From the NCBI GenBank assembly GCA_951406725.2, contig OX597838.1, positions 38,564,001 to 38,628,000 of the forward strand: a DNA stretch of 64,000 nucleotides, in the 5' to 3' direction. Under the pieces are notes generated by a model. The model had not been told where the DNA came from and made no database searches. It saw nothing but the letters and a program-made list of their open reading frames with translations. This document shows, piece by piece, positions 40,794-54,092 of the stretch (within the stretch, counting starts at the first letter, position 1; each line of letters opens with the position of its first letter). Source of the DNA: Octopus vulgaris (Eukaryota). The position numbers and the translations under genes were made by a program.

Positions 40794-41063
40794 TTGTTTG
40801 TTTATATAACAACACTAGATTTGATTTTTCCGTAGCTCTTTACTCCGCGTTTCGCGTCGTCACATTTCAATGCTCTTGTAAACTGTACACATATTATGAG
40901 GCTTCGATTTTGGCACGATGGAAATGATGCACACAAACACAGAACATATCGATATTACAAGTGAAGTCAAAGTAGTAGATACAGTTGAGTACGACGGCAT
41001 ACGCTCCATGCTGATGCTGCTGCACTATCTGTCTATCTATATTTATCTGTCTATCTATCTATG

Positions 41064-41100
<37 letters not shown>

Positions 41101-41102
41101 AT

Positions 41103-41134
<32 letters not shown>

Positions 41135-41154
41135 ATCTATCTATCTATCTATCT

Positions 41155-41187
<33 letters not shown>

Positions 41188-41193
41188 ATCTTA

Positions 41194-41231
<38 letters not shown>

Positions 41232-41277
41232 CTATCTATCTATCTATCTATCTATCTATGTATATTTATCTATCTAG

Positions 41278-41325
<48 letters not shown>

Positions 41326-41368
41326 GTCTATCTATCTATCTACCTATCAGATAGATAGACGGATTGGC

Positions 41369-41411
<43 letters not shown>

Positions 41412-41698
41412 GTTTGTGTGTGTGTCTGTGCATTTATGTGTGTGGCTGTGCATTCGTGTGTGTGTGCGTTTGTATATGTGTGTTTGTGCACGTGCTTGTG
41501 TTTTGTGTGTGTATATGTGTGTGTGTATATGTGAGTGTGTGTATATGTGAGTGTGTGTGTGCATGAAGTGGTGCATAGATATTGTATATTAAGAAATAAA
41601 ACGAAGAAGACACAACTTTGGTTAATTCTTTATAAGCGCTTTCGTTCGTTTAACTGAACTCTTCAAGAAAATATTGAACCAAATTAATAAAAATATTA

Positions 41699-41736
<38 letters not shown>

Positions 41737-41790
41737 TGTGCCTGTGTGTATGTGCATGTGCTTGTGTATGCATGTATATATGTACATATA

Positions 41791-41855
<65 letters not shown>

Positions 41856-42087
41856 GTGCGTGCACGGGCTTATACATATGCATACTTACTCTTATACACA
41901 CGCGCATACTCACACCACGAACTGCCTGGCAGGTTTCGTCCATCTTGTTTCACTCAACAGGCATTGGTTGGTTAAACAAACCGATAACTTAAATCTTAAT
42001 AGATCTTAGTCTATCTTATTTTTTTCTCGTTTGTTTTTGTTACTGAATGCATAAAATCCCAAAATCCCATCTTAAAAATATCTTGTA

Positions 42088-42880
42088 TCTTTTATCTTCT
42101 GTCTGCTTCAGTCATTTGACTGCGGCCATGCTGGGGCACCGCGCTGAAGGGCTTTTGGTGGAACAAATCGACCCCAGGACGAATGTCTTGTTTTTGAAGC
42201 CCTTTAGGTATTCTATAGAGTCCTATTTGCCTATTTACGGGGACGTAAACACACCAATACCGGTTGTCTAATAGTGGTGGGGGATATACACAGACATAAA
42301 CAATAGATATACACACACGAGTGGCTGTGTGGTAAGTAGTTTGCTTACCAACCACATGGTTCCGGGTTCAATCCCACTGCGTGGCATCTTGGGCAAGTGT
42401 CTTCTGATGTAGCCTCGGGCCGACCAAAGCCTTGTGAGTGGATTTGGTAGATGGAAACTGAAAGAAGCCCGTCATATATATGAAAGAAGCCCGTCGTATA
42501 TATGTATATATATATGTGTGTGCGTGTGTTTGTCCCACTAGCACGGCTTGACTACCGATGCTGGTGTGTTTATGTCCATGTCACTTAGCGGTTCGGCAAA
42601 AGTGACCGAGAGAATAAGTACTGGGCTTAAAAAGAATAAGTCCCGTGGTCGAGTTGCTCGATTAAAGGCGGTGCTCCAGCATGGCCGCAGTCAAATGACA
42701 GAAACAAGTAAAAGAGTATATATATGACAGACTTCTTTCATTTTCTGTCCAGCAAATCCACTAACAAGGCCCTAGTCTATAGTAGAAGGCACTTGCCCAA
42801 GATGCCACTCACTTGGGTTGAACTCGAAACCATGTGATTGGGAAGCAAACCCGTTACCACATAGCTACGCCTGCGCTTAT
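42088..42880. mobile_element. Nested SINE A: plus-strand copy (42319-42717) inside the internal microsatellite of a minus-strand copy
   Basis: The minus 3' half (42088-42318) and minus 5' half (42722-42880) flank a complete opposite-strand copy. Confidence 0.8.
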
Positions 42881-42912
42881 ATATAAGCCTGTGTGTGTAT
42901 ATACATGTGTGC

Positions 42913-43102
<190 letters not shown>

Positions 43103-43721
43103 TATATGCGTGTACATTTATACACATGAACATATACACACACACCGAACTTGCATGCAGTCACTCACAAAGCTTTGCTTGGTTGAAGAAACCGCTAAGG
43201 CGAATCTTAATATATTTTAGTCAACTCGAAATTAGTAATATTTTCTTTTCCTTTGCTACTAAATGCATAAATTCCCACTGTTAATATATATTTTGTTGCT
43301 TTCTACAAAATGAGCAAATGTACGAAACACCGTAACACACCACACGTCTACACTCACAAACATATGTAGATTTATAGTTACGCACAGTATCGAGTATATC
43401 AGAAAATCTATTTTGGAAGTATACATACTACAGTTCTAAAACATTTTGCTGTGGAACTTTAGAAAGTCTAAACACATATTTGTTTTGTACACCAGGAAAT
43501 ATAGGAGTACGCCCTGAAGTGTTTCACTGATCGTCGACCATACATCAGAGAACAAATAACCAATCTTACACCAACCTACGAAGAGATCCTTTGGCAAATA
43601 GTTCTTTATATGAAACTGCCAATAGTTGAGCTATAATGATTTAGTGAATTTGTACACCGGACATATTTCACCGACGTGATTAAATAATATATATGTGTGT
43701 GTATAAATACATTTATATATA

Positions 43722-44106
43722 GGAGGCGCAATGGCCCAGTGGTTAGGGCAGCGGACTCGCGGTCATAGGATCGCGGTTTCGATTCCCAGAACGGGCGTTG
43801 TGAGTGTTTATTGAGCGAAAACACCTAAAGCTCCACGAGGCTCCGGCAGGGATGGTGGTGATCCCTGCTGTACTCGTTCACCACAACTTTCTCTCATTCT
43901 TACTTCCTGTTTCTGTTGTACCTGTATTTCAAAGGGCCGGCCCTGTCACTCTCTGTGTCACGCTGAATATCCCTGAGAACTACGTTAAGGGTACACGTGT
44001 CTGTGGAGTGCTCATCCACTTACACGTTAATTTCACGAGCAGGCTGTTCCGTTGATCGGATCAACCGGAACCCTCGTCGTCGTAACCGACGGAGTGCTTC
44101 CATCCA
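43722..44106 (+). mobile_element. tRNA-derived SINE family B, full length
   Basis: ggaggcgcaaTGGCCCAGTGGttagggcagcggactcgcggtc..GGTTTCGATTCC head. 3' part ends cgtcgtaaccgacggagtgcttcca. Confidence 0.9.
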
Positions 44107-44600
44107 CATTTATACATACATACATACACACACACATACATACATACATAAATACATACATACACACACACATACATACATAATCTGTAAAACTTTTCAG
44201 AAGTTTATCATTCAAGTATATTACTAGACTACCCGTGACCTGTTGGATCACCTGGAAAGTCTGAGTTTCCCAGCAAAGGAGTTTTGTTTCGTGGGGCTTC
44301 TTTTCTGCTCTAGGTTAATTAGCATGCTTTCAAAATCACGCGTATACGGCTTCTTTCTTCAGAAAAGGAAAGATATGGCTGCAATTTCTTGCACGCCCTG
44401 CTACCACGTAACAGGCATTTCGGGTCCTTTATAGCAAATAGCTAGAAATAGCAGCCAAATCTTTGAAGCTGAGATACGTTGAATGCACGCGAAATAGTTT
44501 TTGCAATGGTATTCCCTTGGGGCGATCTTTCGCTTTGACTCTCAGAACGGTCATCCGGATCAGCTGGTTTTTGTTCGTTAAGTTGCATAAAAAATTGTAT

Positions 44601-45020
44601 TTACTCTTACTCTCTTTTACTTGTTTCAGTCATTTGACTGCGGCCATGCTGGAGCACCGCCTTTAGTCGAGCAAATCGACCCCGCGACTTATTCTTTGTA
44701 AGCTCAGTACATATTCTATCGGTCTCTCTTTGCTGAACCGCTAGGTGATGGGGACGTGAATACACCAGCATCGGTTGTCAAGCAATACTAGGGGGACAAA
44801 CACAGACACACAAACACATACACATACATACATACATACATATATATATATATACATATATACGACAGACTTCTTTCAGTTTCCGTCTACCAAATTCACA
44901 TTGGTCGGCCCGGGGCTATAGCAGAAGACACTTACCCAAGATGCCACGCAGTGGGACTGAACCCGGAACCATGTGGTTGGTTAGTAAGCTACTTACCACA
45001 CAGCCACTCCTGTGCCTATA
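44601..45020 (-). mobile_element. SINE family A, full length
   Basis: High similarity to 9588-10007. Confidence 0.9.
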
Positions 45021-46534
45021 TATTTACTTTTGTTTTAAAATGAAAGAGATAAGAAAGTGAAAGATGTATGAATGTGTATATGAAATGGACATGTGTGTGA
45101 GAGAGACAGACAGCGCCACTTACAGATACATGAGAACAAACGCGTTCACTCACTCTCTCTCACACACGCACGCACACATGCACACATGTATACAAAAAAT
45201 GTACGCATATGTATTGATGTATGTACGTACACATGACAACACACCTTTCACTCACTCTCTCTATCTCTCTTTCCCTCTCTTCCTCTCTTCCTCTCTCTCT
45301 CTCTCCCTCTCTTCCTCTCTCTCTCTCTCCCTCTCTTCCTCTCTCTCTCCCTCTCTCCCTCTCTCTCTCTCTCTTTCACACCTACATGTCCATTTCATGT
45401 ACACCTACGTACATCTTTCACTTTCTCCTCTCACTTTAAAATAAAATTGAATAAATAAATAAAAAAATTACGGAAATTAACAAACTCCGGATGACAAGCG
45501 AAAGATCGCCATTCATTTGAAAATCATTTTAAAAAACATTAAAATATTATTTGCTTAAAGAAAGCTAAAATATAAATACTTACTGTACAAACAACTTACA
45601 TTTTTGAAATTACATTCAGTTAAGTATATTTCTAAATGATCAAAATATTGTGTACGTCAAAAAGTCGACGTGTTTTTTCTTTCTTAGAACGCGAAGACTA
45701 TGTGTGTGTATATGTCACAGATTGCGGGCGTGTGTTTGTGCTGATTGACAGGCCATGACATTTCTTATATGTGTGTGTATTCTGCTTGTGTGTATTCTGT
45801 TTGTGTGTATTCTGTTTGTGTGTATGTGTTGACGTCACGGAAGCCATGTTTATTTTTCATCAAGAAATAACAAACAAAAATTATGTTTAATCGTTTTCAT
45901 TAATAGAGGTCCAGGTACCACAAAAATTTGTACTGCACTGCCGAGGGTAAGTATGAAAATAAATATACAAAAATAAGAAATTACGATAAAATATACTATT
46001 TCTGAGATATTTCGGGTACACATAAACATCACTAGTGTTTTAGTATTATTGAGATGAGCGTGTTTAGACAAGGCATGAGAATACGTACATAAAACAAAAG
46101 ATATAAAACTGCACACATACATACATACAAAATACTCTGTTGATGTTGTAGAAATGTCAATGATAGCGCTTTAGATCTAAGAAACCGTCTCTTTCTCTAT
46201 TGGCAAGAAATCTTGAAATATAATTAAATAATGACATACATATACTTATAAATATATATGTCTATCTATCTATCTATCTCTCTGTCTGTCTATCAATTTG
46301 TATGTCTGTTTATCTATCTAAGTTTCTATCTGTTTATCTATCGATCGACCGATCTGTATGTGGGTGCGTGTGGATTGAAGGATGGATTGAAGGATGGATG
46401 GATGGATGGATGGATGGATGGATGGATGGCTAGATGGATGGATGTGTGTATGTGAGGTCACTGGTGAGGTCTCTCGTGAATGCCACCGGTAACGTGGAAT
46501 GCAGTAAAACCTGTTGCAACTAAACCAGCATCCT

Positions 46535-46733
46535 GGTGCGGAGGGTTCTTGCTGTGTTTACGTCCCCGTAACGTGTAAAAGTTCGGCAAAAGTGACCCAT
46601 AGAATAAGTGCAAGGCTTATAAAGAGTAAGTCCTGGGGTCAATTCCTTCAACTAAAACCCCCCTCAAGGTGGTGCTTCAGTATGGCTGCGGTCAAATGAC
46701 TGAAGCAAGTAAGAGAATAATAGGGTAAAAGAG
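46535..46733 (+). mobile_element. SINE family A, 3' half
   Basis: gtgtttacgtccccgtaac..gttcggcaaaag..agaataagt..cagtatggctgcggtcaaatgactgaa. Confidence 0.75.
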
Positions 46734-47069
46734 TCACAGTAACAACCAACAACATCAACAACATGGAGCAGCGTAACAACAAAGACGGTCACATGATTAG
46801 CAACGCTTGTCACCACAACTACGCAACAAGAACAACACAACATCTGCTATAATTATAACAATAACAACAACAACGGCATCAACAACAATGGTGACAACAA
46901 CAACAACAACAACAACAACAACGCCATCAGTAGCAGCCACAGCAACACTAACAGCAACTAACCACTCCAACGCCAACAACAACCTTGTAGACTATAGATA
47001 TGGTATACACACCCACATACAGATCGATCGATCGATCGATCGATAGATAGACAGACAGAGAGACAGATA

Positions 47070-48238
47070 TGCAGGCGAAACGTGGCTCGGTGCTACCACA
47101 ACCGGATGCCGCCATCGATACAGCCATTCGTCAGGCGGTTATTCGTCGAACGTTCCAGCCAACGCCAATTCAACACCCCCGTCTGAAGGAAGTCTTCACG
47201 AAGAAGCCGGATGAAAGAACCGAAGCAGCCATCTCGAGGGCAGACTTCACAGACATGATACGCTTCCGTAGTGGTGGTCATCATCCGGCACTCAGGCGGT
47301 GGCAAAAGATGGCAGGACGCAGCGACAACGGATGCTGCACCTTGAAAGCCGGATGAAAGAACCGAAGCAGCCCTTTCGAAGGCAGACTTCACAGACATGA
47401 TACGCTTCCGTAGTGGTGGTCATCATCCGGCACTCAGGCGGTGGCAAAAGATGGCAGGACGCAGCGACAACGGATGCTGCACCTTGAAAGCCGGATGAAA
47501 GAACCGAAGCAGCCCTTTCGAAGGCAGACTTCACAGACATGATACGCTTCCGTAGTGGTGGTCATCATCCGGCACTCAGGCGGTGGCAAAAGATGGCAGG
47601 ACGCAGCGACAACGGATGCTGCACCTTGAAAGCCGGATGAAAGAACCGAAGCAGCCATCTCGAGGGCAGACTTCACAGACATGATACGCTTCCGTAGTGG
47701 TGGTCATCATCCGGCACTCAGGCGGTGGCAAAAGATGGCAGGACGCAGCGACAACGGATGCTGCACCTTGAAAGCCGGATGGAAGAACCGAAGCAGCCCT
47801 TTCGAAGGCAGACTTCACAGACATGATACGCTTCCGTAGTGGTGGTCATCATCCGGCACTCAGGCGGTGGCAAAAGATGGCAGGACGCAGCGACAACGGA
47901 TGCTGCACCTTGAAAGCCGGATGGAAGAACCGAAGCAGCCATCTCGAGGGCAGACTTCACAGATATGATACGCTTCCGTAGTGGTGGTCATCATCCGGCA
48001 CTCAGGCGGTGGCAAAAGATGGCAGGACGCAGCGACACAGACCAATGCAGACTCTGTAACGAGAGGTGGAATCTGCAGAACATCTCTGGCTGAGATGTCC
48101 GGCCCTGATGGTGGAACGCTATATCCGCCAACTAGGGGCTACAATGGATGAGATGATTCGTCTCCCTTCCACGGCTCTAGTGCTCCTGAGAGTTATCCTC
48201 AAGTGCTTGAGGTAACCAACAACAACAACAACAGCAAC
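47070..48238 (+). pseudogene. 3' end of a LINE (C-terminal CCHC knuckle, (CAA)n tail; I/Ingi-like group by inference) with internal tandem array
   Basis: ..DMIRFRSGGHHPALRRWQKMAGRSD joins TDQCRLCNE/VESAEHLWLRCPALMVER..VILKCLR* (stop 48213-48215), then caacaacaac. Confidence 0.75.
47204..48037 (+). repeat. 142-bp tandem repeat, 5.9 units
   Basis: Units start at 47204, 47346, 47488, 47630, 47772 and 47914 and are near-identical. Confidence 0.97.
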
Positions 48239-48361
48239 ATCGCTGCGTACTGGGGTCGATCTAATTGACTGGCCCCCACTCCCGAAAGAAAGAATACAAA
48301 AGAAACAACGCTTGTAGCCACAACGACGCAACGACAACAACATCAGCAACAACAACAACAA

Positions 48362-48402
<41 letters not shown>

Positions 48403-48636
48403 CCAATAACAACTGTGACTTCTACAACGATACCACAACAAAAGCAGTAGATATTTTAGTACAATTTACAATCAAACTCTAATTCATAGTAAACCGATTT
48501 TATAAGAAAAAATTTCTCGTTAATGTCTGATGTTGTTTAAATGGAGTTTGGAAATTCTCAGTGAACTTTTTATTCGTCTTTTTGTTATTATTGTTGTTTT
48601 TAATATTGTTATTGTTAATCTTGTTGATATTGTTAA

Positions 48637-48667
<31 letters not shown>

Positions 48668-48701
48668 GTTCTTCTTCTTCTTCTTCTTCTTCTTCTTCTA
48701 C

Positions 48702-48777
<76 letters not shown>

Positions 48778-49509
48778 TATTATTATTACAATGGTTCAAC
48801 ATTTGGTGGTTTCAGGCAAATTTCTACTGCATTGCCCACTACACTTCTGTGTTGCTGGGCTGTGTATGCGTTCTTGTGTGTTCTTTTTTGTTGGTGGAGA
48901 ATGCAAACTATTCCCAGTATTGTATTGCATCAGTTTCTTTTGTTATAGAGCCTGGTACAATCATTTATTGCATTAGTGTTTGTATTGTGCGTTGTGTGTG
49001 AAATGCATTCGATACCCAGCCTGCTGGTGGTTGTTTATTTCATTGGATATTTGCTATATAGAGTGTCTTGTGTTTGTGGATTATTTTGGGATTGTATTAT
49101 TGAATTAATATTGTCTTGCGTGGGATGTGGGCTGTTCCTAACAGGGCAATTCTTTAGACAGTGTGTGGTATCGAGGCTCCAGGTATAGCTTCTACGTTTT
49201 CGCTCATATGATTTTTATCATGTCCAGTACTCCAGTTATTACTGGTATAGTTTTCACCTTTATGCCCCAAATCTTAAATTCGATTTCGAGGTCTTTGTGC
49301 TTTGAAAATTTCTCCACTTCATTTTGTACAATATTTTGGTTCGAAGGACTGCAATGCCTATCAGTAAGCAGGTGTCTTTTCTTTCCAATCCTTGATTATT
49401 ATGTCTGGATGATTAGCTTTTATTTCTTTGTCAGTTTCAACAGATGTATACCAGATGGTTGTGGCCTGGTCGCTGCCATGTACCCTATTTGGCTCATGTT
49501 GGATATTTT

Positions 49510-49928
49510 CGGTTTGAACGGCAGTTTTTTCTAGCGGTGTCATATGAAATTGTCACCCATAATTATGACCCTAGTATCGATCTATTGCATTTCAATCTAT
49601 TTTAGGGTTAGGGTTAGCTAGGGTTAGGGTTAGGGATGGGGGGGAAGGGTATCTGTTTTTCTTCACAAATGTAAATAAACCCAATCTGTTTCTTAAACGA
49701 GGGACATATTCATACGGCACAGAATGTTTTTTACCTCAAATACGTCAGTGATTGGTTGAAATTGCAGAAATTGAAGAAAAAAACAACAAATATCTTACAA
49801 ACCATAGAATTTTCTCAATAAAGCCAAGAGAAAAAAAAAAGATGTTTTATAAACACATTCTACCAGTATACGAAGTTTAAAATTTTTTAGTTACCTAGAA
49901 ATTATGTTAAAAACTGCCGTTCAAACCG
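49510..49928. mobile_element. MITE with 20-bp perfect TIRs and internal (TTAGGG)n
   Basis: cggtttgaacggcagttttt ... aaaaactgccgttcaaaccg, inserted in a T-run. ttagggttagggttagctagggttagggttaggg at 49602-49635. Confidence 0.85.
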
Positions 49929-50207
49929 TTTATTGTATTGTCGGTTTTTATGTTGTAGTGTTGGCATATTGTTCAGTGTATATAACTACTCCCTTGGTCG
50001 TGTCTGTATATATATTCAGAATCGGCAAGGACTGGATAACCAGAGATTATGTAGTCACATGTCTCATTGTGCTGGTTTCACATTCTGCATTTCGTGTTAG
50101 GGCCTGAATTCATTATTTTGCTTTTATGGCTGTTTGTAGTCATGCATTGGTCTTGTGCAGCGAGAATAAATCCATCCCTTTCAGCTTTTAGTCCAGATAT
50201 TTTGAAC

Positions 50208-50408
50208 CTTTACTCTTACTCTTTCTCTTTTATTTGTTTCAGTCATTTGACTGCGGCCATGCTGGAGCACCGCCTTATTCTTTTGTAAGCCCAGTACTTA
50301 TTCTATCGGTCTCTTTTGCCGAACCGCTAAGTAACGGGGACATAAACACACCAGCATCGGTTGTCAAGCAATGCTAGAGGGACAAACACAGATACACAAA
50401 CACACACA

Positions 50409-50452
<44 letters not shown>

Positions 50453-50618
50453 TACGACGGGCTTCTTTCAGTTTCCGTCTACCAAATCCACTCACAAGGC
50501 TTTGGTCGGCCCGGGGCTATAGTAGAAGACACTTACCCAAGGTGCCACGCAGTGGGACTGAACCCGGAACCATGTGGTTGGTAGACAAGCTACTTACCAC
50601 ACAGCCACTCCTGCGCCT
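50208..50618 (-). mobile_element. SINE family A (small internal deletion) nested in the Dong-type element
   Basis: Similar to 9588-10007. The host reading frame resumes on both sides. Confidence 0.9.
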
Positions 50619-51160
50619 TTGTTGAGCTTTGATTGGGCTCAGTTCCTCTCTTGCATGGTATTGGACATGGAGTCATTTTTCTCTCCATTTCTTCTTTAGT
50701 ATGTTTCGTAGTTCCATTTTCATATTTTTTTCGTCTCTTTGACCATTTCTGCTATGTTGTCATCTGAGGCCAGTATGTCAGTGTAGTTTGTTTCTACTTT
50801 GTATTTTGTTATGCTGAGAGAAAAGTGTTTTCTTTTTCTCGTGTTGCTTCCACATTTTGTTCTAAGTATTTCACTACTCCAACTGTTGTTATTTTATAGT
50901 CGTTCTCTCTGTGTGTCAGGCCACGGGGCCACCTTCTGAGCGGAGTAGATTCTGTCTGCGTCTGATTTGAGATGGCGATTTCAGTAAACTGTTAATAGTT
51001 TTCTGATTTTCCTAATTTTCTCAATTCACTGATCTTCCACTTTATTATGTTGATGCTGTAATTACTGATTGGTATGGCTAGCCTGTTCAACACTATTATC
51101 TTATTTTTAGCATTGAGTTCAGCGTTTAATACTGGTCTAATATCATCATCATCATCATCA

Positions 51161-51207
<47 letters not shown>

Positions 51208-51220
51208 GTCATTATTATTG

Positions 51221-51267
<47 letters not shown>

Positions 51268-52020
51268 GAATGAGCGAGCAGTGCATGCCATCAAAGTGAC
51301 ACCAGGCTAAAATATACGAAGCCCAGTATACACACCATGACAACGCGTACGTTAAGGGTACACCAGGCACATGCATCACAACCGTATTTACGCGACATGG
51401 TGACGTTATATCAAGATACACAGTGCATGACCTTGCGGGTTGGGCCCAGTTAGAATTTTCTTTAGGTCGAATAGCCCATCCCGCTCTAAAGATCCATGTA
51501 TAAATGCTGTTTCAGGATAATGAGCGAAACACCCATGTGTCCAGAGGTGAATTGTTCAAGCCCCAAAGAATCAATCTCAAAACATGGCTATGATGCTCCC
51601 CCCACCCACCCACTACTCTTGTTCTTGATCAGAGACGCACGTGTCATCAGTCACTAAGATACATGCACGAGTGGAGGCGCAATGGCCCAGTGGTTAGGGC
51701 AGCGGACTCGCTGTGTCACGCTGAATATCCCTGAGAACTACGTTAAGGGTACACGTGTCTGTGGAGTGCTCATCCACTTACACGTTAATTTCACGAGCAG
51801 GCTGTTCCGTTGATTCGGATCAACCGGAACCCTCGTCGTCGTAACCGACGGAGTGCTTCCACTCCACATGCACGAGTGGCAACTGACAAGCAAATCTGCG
51901 CAATTGAGCAGAATATTTGCTATAGCACATCTTTTACAGCAATGCGTAATATGTACCTGATAACACTACCAATCCCTTAAGATCAGAAGCCATGAGATCC
52001 ACTGCTTGGTGATCGATACT
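51268..52020 (-). mobile_element. Family X (AAT)n-specific element with nested SINE B
   Basis: Colinear with 34741-35303. (ATT)n on both sides. Confidence 0.85.
51673..51866 (+). mobile_element. Internally deleted SINE B with TSD
   Basis: The head joins directly to ctgtgtcacgctgaat. Flanked by the duplication acatgcacgagt (51661-51672, 51867-51878). Confidence 0.9.
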
Positions 52021-52072
52021 TATTATTATTGTGTATTATTATTATCTTATTATTATTATTGTGCATCAATGC

Positions 52073-52490
52073 ACTCTTTACTCTCTTTTTAATCTTTTAC
52101 TTGTTTCAGTCATTTGACTGCGGCCATGCTGGAGCAAATCGACCCCGGGACTTATTCTTTGTAAGCCCAGTACTTATTCTATCGGTTCTCTTTTGCCGAA
52201 CCACTAAGTGAACCACTAAGTGACAGGGACATAAACACACCAGCATCGGTTGTCAAGCAATGCTAGGGGGACAAACACAGACACACAAACACACACACAT
52301 ATATATATATATATACATACATATATACGACAGGCTTCTTTCAGTTTCCGTCTACCAAATCCACTCACAAGGCTTTGGTCGGCCCGGGGCTATAGCAGAA
52401 GACACTTGCCCAAGATGCCACGCAGTGGGACTGAACCCGGAACCATGTGTTTGGTTAGCAAGCTACTTACCACACAGCCACTCCTGCGCA
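52073..52490 (-). mobile_element. SINE family A, full length
   Basis: Similar to 9588-10007. Confidence 0.9.
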
Positions 52491-52511
52491 CTATTCTTCT
52501 TATTATTATTT

Positions 52512-53110
52512 GATGAAAACTCTCAGTTTATTTTGCTGAGTATGATGGAAAGTGTCAGCTGTCCGCAGCCAGCAGACTAAGGTGACACTTGTTTACTGGT
52601 CATGCTTCAAGAACCCTGCGAAGAATTCTTGCAGTTCCAAGCAATGTTAATTTTTGTACATTTACATTTGTATTAATCTTTCTGAGCCGTGTTGGCAATA
52701 GAGTGCTGATACTTTAAAATGCACCAATTACTCTTGGTGTGACGTCTACTTTCCTCATTGACCACAACCTTCGCATTTCCCACTTCAAATCGTCGTATTT
52801 GTTCAGTTTTTCTTCTTCTTTCTCTTTTAGCCTGTTGTTACCGGGATATGCTGTATCAGTTATCATGCAAGTTCTTTTTTTTTCTATCTACCACAACAAT
52901 GTTCGGTTTCCGATGTCTGGTCAGAGGATAGCACTGAATCATTGCATCCCACAGAATTTTACAATTTTCACTTTCGTCGACTCCTCCTCAGGTTTTCTCA
53001 TACCACGCCTTTGCTCTTTTTGGGATCTGATTTCCAGAGTTTCCGATGGAACATTCTGGCTACATTGTCATGTCTTCTTTTGTAGTCCTGTTGAGCAAGG
53101 CTCCGTGCAG
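52512..53110 (-). pseudogene. R4/Dong-type RLE domain + 3'UTR ending at (AAT)n
   Basis: rc reads ESENCKILWDAMIQCYPLTRHRKPNIVVVD..CMITDTAYPG..KEEEKLNKYDDLKWEMRRLW..VIGAF..VQKLTLLGTARILRRVLEA*. Confidence 0.88.
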
Positions 53111-54018
53111 GGTCAATATTTTTTTGTCTGCATATCCACGTTCATCAGTTTTTTCTTATTCATCAGTTTTTTCTATTAGCTAGTTAGAACAAGTAACTAA
53201 GGCTTTGGAGAAGAGGTGTGATACTATTCGATGGACTGAACTTTAGTTTACACATTTTATAAATGCGACAACGGTTCATCTCCTTTCAAGGGATCGGAGG
53301 AGGGATGCGTGTCTTCATTGATTTCAGATACTTCCAGCAGATCTAAACAGACTGTTATCCTGCAGTCCTACAAATCGCATATCAACAACCAGAAGACACA
53401 CTTAGCACACTATTTCCGCGTGAATCACTGCGATCGTTCGCTTGACAATTTGTGCAACAATCATTGGTCGGAGATGCTGGTTTCACACGGCTGGGTTTTT
53501 TGGTTTGTTTGTTTTCTCTCTAAAATTGTTCTCTCTGTTACTTCAAACCTCTTCATCAACATGCGCACGTTGACCTTGACACTGGCGTTATCTTAGCAAA
53601 CAACCCGTATATAACTCTGACGTTGAATAAACTGCACCATTCCTCCCACAAGAAATCTATGACTGGGATGAGCTTCTGTATGGAACCCGTGACTTTCCTG
53701 TATAAACAACGAAAAGTGTTATAATGGAAGAAGAACCAGTTGACTTATAATGTGCAGCTTGAAAGATCTATGTCAGTTAATAAAAAACTTATGCCTACTT
53801 TTAAATTACTCTCGGGACGAGTCTAGTATGTATGTACATATGTACGCATGTATGTATATACGTATGCATTTGCAAGTATGTATATACATATATATATATA
53901 TACACATATGGATACACATTTACATAACTCCCGAAACAACCCTATGCTTCTATAAGTATGTATATATGTTTGTATGTATGCATATATGTACGTTTCAATG
54001 TACATACATATACATACG

Positions 54019-54052
<34 letters not shown>

Positions 54053-54053
54053 T

Positions 54054-54092
<39 letters not shown>

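Larger units (their letters stand above)
48790..51140 (-). pseudogene. 5'-truncated R4/Dong-type non-LTR element (RT thumb, CCHC, RLE, 3'UTR) in (TAA)n, with nested MITE and SINE
   Basis: rc fragments: ELNAKNKIIVLNRLAIPISNYSINIIKW..KSDADRIY, GLKAERDGFILAAQDQ, KCRM*NQHNETCDYIISGYPVLADSEYIYRHD, TDKEIKANHPDIIIKD, TIPVITGVLDMIK, IALLGTAHILRK. (ATT)n on both sides. Confidence 0.9.

Noticed and set aside
43511-43552. Very degenerate hammerhead-like strings (here on -, also ~3047-3076 and ~61831-61866)
   Set aside because: Multiple core mismatches and weak stems; cannot be distinguished from chance by eye.
43722-43795. tRNA genes at SINE heads (also 37361, 42319, 56983)
   Set aside because: A/B boxes are present but I see no complete cloverleaf, and each continues into a repeated SINE body.
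47204-48037. 142-bp array as a CRISPR array or retrozyme
   Set aside because: No unique spacers. The HHR-like string on the minus strand (ATGATGA..GAAGC..GTC) breaks the core and lacks proper stems, and the unit is LINE coding sequence.
49602-49635. Telomere or chromosome-fusion relic
   Set aside because: Only about five units, internal to a TIR element.
53300-53670. Possible mariner transposase N-terminal remnants (also ~23860-24130)
   Set aside because: Too decayed to support by manual translation.
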